Source of the DNA: Candidatus Tayloriibacteriota bacterium
GTDB taxonomy: Bacteria; Patescibacteriota; Minisyncoccia; Phycocordibacterales; HO2-43-120
Assembly (NCBI GenBank): GCA_039934295.1
Contig: JBDTMN010000001.1
Coordinates: 38,091 to 102,090, forward strand
DNA: 64,000 nt
Direction of reading: 5' to 3'
The notes under the pieces were generated by a model. That model made no database searches. It saw only the letters and a program-made list of their open reading frames with translations, and had not been told where the DNA came from. Each line of letters begins with the position of its first letter. Position 1 is the first letter of the stretch. Made by a program: the position numbers and the translations under genes. Positions 59,423 through 64,000 of the stretch are shown piece after piece.

Positions 59423-59442
59423 GAAGCTAATACTATAATAAA

Positions 59443-59535
59443 ACGTGTAACTTGTAACGTGCAGCGCAAAGCACAATCGAATATGAAAATTTTTGGATTT
59501 TCCGATGTTACAAGTTACCTGTTACATGCTGTGCG
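59443..59535. promoter_or_regulatory. Long inverted repeat, 'gtaacgtgtaac' family, copy h, filling the priA-def spacer
   Basis: The arm acgtgtaacttgtaacgtgcagcgc pairs with gatgttacaagttacctgttacatgctgtgcg. Confidence 0.4.
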
Positions 59536-59536
59536 A

Positions 59537-61423
59537 CTAGAGGAGACTCTCTGGGTCAACTTTCACGGTAAATTCTGGCGAGAGGGCGGTGAGTTTCAAA
59601 AGGAGCTCGGAATCGGGCCATGTGCGGGGCGAAACCCGTAAAAGCCCGTGCATAATTGACTTGCCGGCGAGACCTTTGATGAATGAAGGGAATATGTCGA
59701 TGTTATAATTTGAAAGAGTTGCTTTTGCTTCGCTCATTTTTCGGACGATTTCGCTTTTCTGTCCCTCGAGGGAAATCTTCACCAGAATTGAAAAAGGGGG
59801 ATAGTTGAATTGCTCTCTTTTCCCGATTTCATCGCGGTAAAATTCGAACAGATTGCCTTTCATCCCATATTCGAATACTTTTTGATCCGGGTTTCGCGTT
59901 TGAATCACAATTTGCTTATGAGTTACGGATCGGAGCGTGAGCAGAATCGACATGATTTTTTCGTTTATCCGGAAATCCGGGAGCGAGAAAAGAGCGTCAA
60001 GACTTGCGATTGCCGAATTTTCTATGGGGCGATCCAGATAGAGAAGCGCGAGCTCGGTTCCAAGAAGTATGCTTCCCGGCGAGGCAAAGAATTGATTCAT
60101 CATTTTTTCCGCATTGCCGTGAGTAGTAACCTTGTCCTTATCCATGATAAATATTTTCACATCTCCATAGAGCGCCCTTATCTCTTCCCCCACACTGTCT
60201 ATGCCTGCGCCAAGGGTGACAAGTTTCCATCCCTGGCAGACTTTGCACACCTCTTCTGGGTCTCTTCTCTCTCCGCATCTGTGGCACAGAAAGAAATTGC
60301 CTTTCTGGCTTCCATGAAGCACCATGTTCGCGGAGCATTTGTTGCAGGTGATTGTTTCTCCGCAATCACCGCAGACGGTGGTCGGGGAGAGTCCTTTGCG
60401 AGCGGCAAAAATGAACAGGTTTTCATTATTGGTTTTATTCGCTTGAATCAGATTCCGCAGTTCCTCGCTTACCAGAGTGAAATTTTTTGTAGAAGCTTTA
60501 TACACTCTCATGTCCACCATTCTTTCTTCCGCAGAAGTCAAAGAGCGGAATTTGACCGGGGAAAGCTCCTGGAATTCTCCGTTTTTGTATCTAAAAAGCG
60601 TGGCGATGTCGATAAAGATATCTCCGACCACGAACTTTGCTTTTATTTTTTTTGCGAACATTTCCGCGAATACTCTGAAGTCAAGATAGGGGCGGGAGAA
60701 GGTCTTGTATCCCGAAGAATTTTCACGGTCGACTATAATCGCTCCCAAATCAGCCCGCGGATAAGATAAATATGAGCCTGTGCCTAGGATGAGAACCGGA
60801 TGCTTTTCTTTAGTCAGTTTCGCAAGAGTCGAGCGCAGTTCGTTTTCACTAAGAGAGCCATGCAAGACAAATGTGTATTCCTCAATGCCTTTTTCCAATT
60901 TTCCCACCGTTTTCTTTATATCGTGAACGCTCGGTAGGCAGAAAAAAACAGACGATTTCTTGGCAAATTCTCCCCGAATAAAACTCTTGTAGTTTACAAA
61001 TCTCTCCTCGTCTCCGGCCTGAAGAATGTACTTTTGATGAATTTTCTCTCCGAGAACTGGCTCCTGTGGCTCGATTTTTATTTTCTCGAGTTCCGCTAGG
61101 AGTCGTGCAGAAATAAGCGAGGCGAGCACGGACCCGGTTGTTGCCGCGAAATATCGCGCTGCCTCATTCGCGCTTTCCATGAATTCGGGAAGAAAGAAAA
61201 AATGACCCTTGCGTTTCGTTATTTTTTTTAATTGGAATTCCGCTTGGCGAAGTTCAGTCCTGTGCTCGCTTGCATCGTTTTTCGATATGACGATTGCCGG
61301 CACGATTTTTTTTCGCAGCGGCACTTCTATCACGGCTCCCAAAGAGATATCATCGCTCGTAAAATAAGTGAGCGTTTCCTTTCCTATTCCCCGTGAAATT
61401 GGTATCACCTCTATGATTTGCAT
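59537..61423 (-). CDS. priA: PriA-like primosomal protein N' with degenerate helicase motifs
   Basis: PriA N-terminal 3'-binding-domain-like region and a Cys4x2 zinc-binding region (CGDCGETITCNKC...CHRCG...CKVCQG) are present. Walker A is absent, and the DEEH position reads DREN. Confidence 0.6.
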   Translation of the reverse strand: MQIIEVIPISRGIGKETLTYFTSDDISLGAVIEVPLRKKIVPAIVISKNDASEHRTELRQAEFQLKKITKRKGHFFFLPEFMESANEAARYFAATTGSVLASLISARLLAELEKIKIEPQEPVLGEKIHQKYILQAGDEERFVNYKSFIRGEFAKKSSVFFCLPSVHDIKKTVGKLEKGIEEYTFVLHGSLSENELRSTLAKLTKEKHPVLILGTGSYLSYPRADLGAIIVDRENSSGYKTFSRPYLDFRVFAEMFAKKIKAKFVVGDIFIDIATLFRYKNGEFQELSPVKFRSLTSAEERMVDMRVYKASTKNFTLVSEELRNLIQANKTNNENLFIFAARKGLSPTTVCGDCGETITCNKCSANMVLHGSQKGNFFLCHRCGERRDPEEVCKVCQGWKLVTLGAGIDSVGEEIRALYGDVKIFIMDKDKVTTHGNAEKMMNQFFASPGSILLGTELALLYLDRPIENSAIASLDALFSLPDFRINEKIMSILLTLRSVTHKQIVIQTRNPDQKVFEYGMKGNLFEFYRDEIGKREQFNYPPFSILVKISLEGQKSEIVRKMSEAKATLSNYNIDIFPSFIKGLAGKSIMHGLLRVSPRTWPDSELLLKLTALSPEFTVKVDPESLL

Positions 61424-61427
61424 ATTT

Positions 61428-62942
61428 TTACAAATCTCTAAGTATCGAAATTCTCGCTCCGAGGGCGTTCAGTCGTCTCACAAGGTCTTCGTAGCCCCGG
61501 TTGATTGAATAAATATTGCGAAGCGTGGAAGTGCCTTTTGCTCCCAACATTCCGGCCAAAATGATGGCTGCGGGGCGAAGGGCGGGAGGGGAGACGATGT
61601 CGTTTGCCTGAAGCTCGGTGGGTCCCGTTATGTAGACTCGGTGCGGGTCGAGGAGGATTGTGTCAGCTCCGAGCTTGTCGAGCTCCTTGTAATAAATGGC
61701 GCGCTTTTCGTAAGGCCAATCATGAATCATTGTAACCCCCTTGGCTTTCGTTGCAATGACCGCAAAAAAAGGAAGATTGTCCATGTTGAGGCCGGGGTAG
61801 GGGCGGGGCTCGATTTTTTCTTCGAGGGCGGTTAGCTTCGAGGGGAATGTTTTGATGTCCACCAAATTTGTTTTGCCATTCTGCGATTTATACTTTGCCG
61901 ATTTTGAAAATTTGAAGCCCATTTTCTCCAATTTCAAAAGTTCAAGCTCGAGGAAATCAATCGGGGAGCGCTTTATGGTAATCGCCGAATCAGTCATGAT
62001 AGCCGCAGATATGAAAAACATCGATTCAATCGGGTCCTCGCTCAAATAGTATGTTACCGGCTCGTCAATTTTCTCTTTTCCGTGGACGACGAGCGTGGTG
62101 GTGCCGACACCGTCAATTTTTACACCCAGCTTTTCAAGGAAAAAGCAGAGCTCCTGAACCTGATAGTTGGCTGACGCCATTTTTATCGTCGTCACTCCGG
62201 GAATGCGAGATGCTACCATGATGGCATTTTCGGTGACCGTGTCGCCCGATTCGTAGAGAACGATTTCATTTGGAACCAGACCTTTGTGGCTCACTTCATA
62301 CTCCTTCTCTTTCGCTTTAATGCTCACTCCGAGCTTCTCCATCGCGAAAAAATGAGGTCTCACCGTTCGCAAGCCAAGCTCACATCCGCCCGCCTGGGGA
62401 ATCGAGAATCTTTTTTTAAGATGGATGAGAGGGCCGATTAACAGAATAATGCATCTCGTTTTTAGGGCGGCCGTTCTGTCTATTGTATCCATTTTGAGCC
62501 GTGACGGAGGAGTAATCACAAGGTCACTATCTCTCCACGCAACATGGACTCCGATGCTCTCTAGAACCTCAATGAGTCTCGCAACTTCTTCGATTCTAGG
62601 GACATTTTTGAGCGTGCTCGTGTTGCTATTAAGGAGCGCGGCGCAGATGACCGCTACCGCTCCGTTTTTCGAGTTCTTGATAGTTACTTCGCCCTTGAGT
62701 TTCCTTCCTCCTTCAATTTCGATAGATAAATTGCTGTCCGCAATGCGGATAATATCACGGCCCAACGTATCGCTAATTTTAATGAGCATTTCAGTTGAAA
62801 GATTCTGCTCACCGCGCTCAATGCGCGCCACGGCGCTTTGCGTCGTGCGGAGTTTTTTGGCGAACTCTTTTTGGGTAATGCTCTTCGCAACCCTTGACTC
62901 GCGAATGAGTTTTGCAATCGGCGCTAGCGGTGTTTTCTTCAT
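61428..62942 (-). CDS. murA: UDP-N-acetylglucosamine 1-carboxyvinyltransferase fused to an N-terminal XRE-type HTH domain
   Basis: Residues 1-65 form an HTH_XRE (ITQKEFAKKLRTTQSAVARIERGEQNL). The remainder is MurA-like (GGRKLKGEV..., GGCELGLRTVRPH). Confidence 0.75.
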   Translation of the reverse strand: MKKTPLAPIAKLIRESRVAKSITQKEFAKKLRTTQSAVARIERGEQNLSTEMLIKISDTLGRDIIRIADSNLSIEIEGGRKLKGEVTIKNSKNGAVAVICAALLNSNTSTLKNVPRIEEVARLIEVLESIGVHVAWRDSDLVITPPSRLKMDTIDRTAALKTRCIILLIGPLIHLKKRFSIPQAGGCELGLRTVRPHFFAMEKLGVSIKAKEKEYEVSHKGLVPNEIVLYESGDTVTENAIMVASRIPGVTTIKMASANYQVQELCFFLEKLGVKIDGVGTTTLVVHGKEKIDEPVTYYLSEDPIESMFFISAAIMTDSAITIKRSPIDFLELELLKLEKMGFKFSKSAKYKSQNGKTNLVDIKTFPSKLTALEEKIEPRPYPGLNMDNLPFFAVIATKAKGVTMIHDWPYEKRAIYYKELDKLGADTILLDPHRVYITGPTELQANDIVSPPALRPAAIILAGMLGAKGTSTLRNIYSINRGYEDLVRRLNALGARISILRDL

Positions 62943-63031
62943 TTATAGAGTATAGCATATATGAGATACGAAGCCAAGTAAAAAGTGAAAAGTGACACAA
63001 AACAAAGAGCAAAGCGACTATGTTTTGTGTC

Positions 63032-63193
63032 ATCCCCGCGGAGGCGGGGATCCAGGATTATATTTTCTGTCATCCCCTACGGGGATTGTACACCTTTCAA
63101 ATTCAGAAACTGAATGTTCAAGGTCTTGCCTAGCCCGTGCCGGTCGGCCGAGGGCGGAACTCCAAGTGTTCGTTCCTCACCCGCGAAAGCGGG
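63032..63193. repeat. Cluster of three short GC hairpins of the YCCCGCG-(loop)-CGCGGGRAT type; a fourth copy lies at 51223..51242
   Basis: atccccgcggaggcggggat, atcccctacggggat, cccgcgaaagcggg and attcccgcgaaagcgggaat. Confidence 0.6.
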
Positions 63194-63354
63194 AATACAG
63201 TAAAAAATTAAGTGATAATTTCCAAGGCGTAAATAAGATGATGGAGGTTTGGGAGTAATATTGATAATAAAAAAACACTTGATGCGGGAATCGAGTGCGG
63301 GTGCTTCGGTACGGGCGGGAGGTGAAAGTCAAAAGTGATAGTCAAAATTTATTC

Positions 63355-63385
63355 ATAAAAAAACCGCTCATCTGTCGGGAGAGCG
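63355..63385 (-). terminator. Rho-independent terminator for gene 63409..63606
   Basis: On the minus strand the hairpin ccgctctcccgacagatgagcgg is followed by TTTTTTT. Confidence 0.65.
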
Positions 63386-63408
63386 GCTTCATTTGATTGA
63401 GAATGGCT

Positions 63409-63606
63409 TTATGAGTCGATCAAGACCACACCCTTTGCCTCGAAATGTGCCGTAGTTTCTCCATTCGGTCCAGGTTCATGTTTGAACGTCACTATTCCGT
63501 TGCTGTCATATTGCGTAACGTATCCGGTGAAATGGTGTCCGCCGTAGAAATGAATCGTTATTTTTTTTTCGGTCTTTCCCACGAAGGTTTTCAGTGCTGA
63601 TTGCAT
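63409..63606 (-). CDS. Small Sm/Hfq-like-pattern protein, tandem paralog 1
   Basis: 66 aa from ATG 63606 (MQSALKTF...ITIHFYGGHHFTGYVTQYDSNGIVTF). The listed TTG-extended ORF overlaps the paralog's terminator. Confidence 0.45.
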   Translation of the reverse strand: MQSALKTFVGKTEKKITIHFYGGHHFTGYVTQYDSNGIVTFKHEPGPNGETTAHFEAKGVVLIDS

Positions 63607-63713
63607 AGTGTTTTTGGTTTGAGGTTCGTAACTAACCGATTCGACAATAGCACCATATATTACTGGAGTCAATACGCGGAGGAAAATCAAAAGTGAAAGT
63701 CAAAATTTACTCA

Positions 63714-63744
63714 TAAAAAAACCGCTCATCTGTTGAAAGAGCGG
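63714..63744 (-). terminator. Rho-independent terminator for gene 63769..63966
   Basis: On the minus strand the hairpin ccgctctttcaacagatgagcgg is followed by a T-run. It lies inside a duplicated 75-bp block. Confidence 0.65.
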
Positions 63745-63768
63745 CTTCATGGTGGTAGAGAAGCTGGA

Positions 63769-63966
63769 TTATCTTGGGTAAGAAATGGCTGCGACTTCTC
63801 CCGCTTCAATTATGGTGACGATTCGAGCATTACTCAATCCCTCGTCGATAGTGACAAGACCGTTGTCTACTTTCTCCACCCTTCCGACGAGTTTGACTCC
63901 GGACCGAAGTAGAAGGGTAACGTTGTACGTTTGTCCTTCGTGCTTCTTTATTTCAGTTGTTTGCAT
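63769..63966 (-). CDS. Small Sm/Hfq-like-pattern protein, tandem paralog 2
   Basis: 65 aa (MQTTEIKK...VTLLLRSGVKLVGRVEKVDNGLVTI). Confidence 0.45.
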   Translation of the reverse strand: MQTTEIKKHEGQTYNVTLLLRSGVKLVGRVEKVDNGLVTIDEGLSNARIVTIIEAGEVAAISYPR

Positions 63967-64000
63967 TTTTTTGAGTCGACCGTGTTTTGGTTGATGAGAC

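Overview
This 64-kb window is from a compact, fairly AT-rich bacterial genome. The gene content fits a Patescibacteria/CPR-like organism, which is an inference from that content only. Many proteins carry N-terminal membrane anchors, several housekeeping proteins have unusual extensions or fusions, and there is an orphan solute-binding protein. There is no sign of stop-codon recoding: long ORFs end in TAA, TAG or TGA. I called the following housekeeping genes: groES-groEL, RNase J, secG, htpX, a NUDIX hydrolase, class Ia ribonucleotide reductase nrdA/nrdB, tsaC, ddl, phosphoglucomutase/phosphomannomutase, hpf, def-fmt, a priA-like gene, murA with an N-terminal HTH fusion, mltG, a 2093-aa thioester-containing alpha-2-macroglobulin convergent with a class A PBP (PBP1C-type), and a PurO-like IMP cyclohydrolase. 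RNA genes are tRNA-Arg(CCG), tRNA-Ser(GGA) and RNase P RNA. The accessory content is a same-strand block of secreted or membrane hypothetical proteins at about 24.9-31.3 kb. Part of that block is bracketed by about 930-bp direct repeats that carry mosaic paralogous genes. Alongside it is a hydrolase gene flanked by identical 28-bp palindromes, and a minus-strand cluster of M23 peptidase, two orphan receiver proteins, a PAS protein and a histidine kinase. The intergenic DNA is unusually structured. It holds at least two families of long inverted-repeat elements whose arms are built from short tandem motifs: a 'cgaaatt' family that abuts start codons, and a 'gtaacgtgtaacg' family in the leaders of groES, htpX and def. 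It also holds tRNA-derived tandem repeats, small GC-rich hairpins and microsatellites. Corrections to the ORF track: the track uses alternative start codons, so several listed ORFs overrun intergenic repeats. Where the sequence supports it I give corrected ATG or GTG starts.
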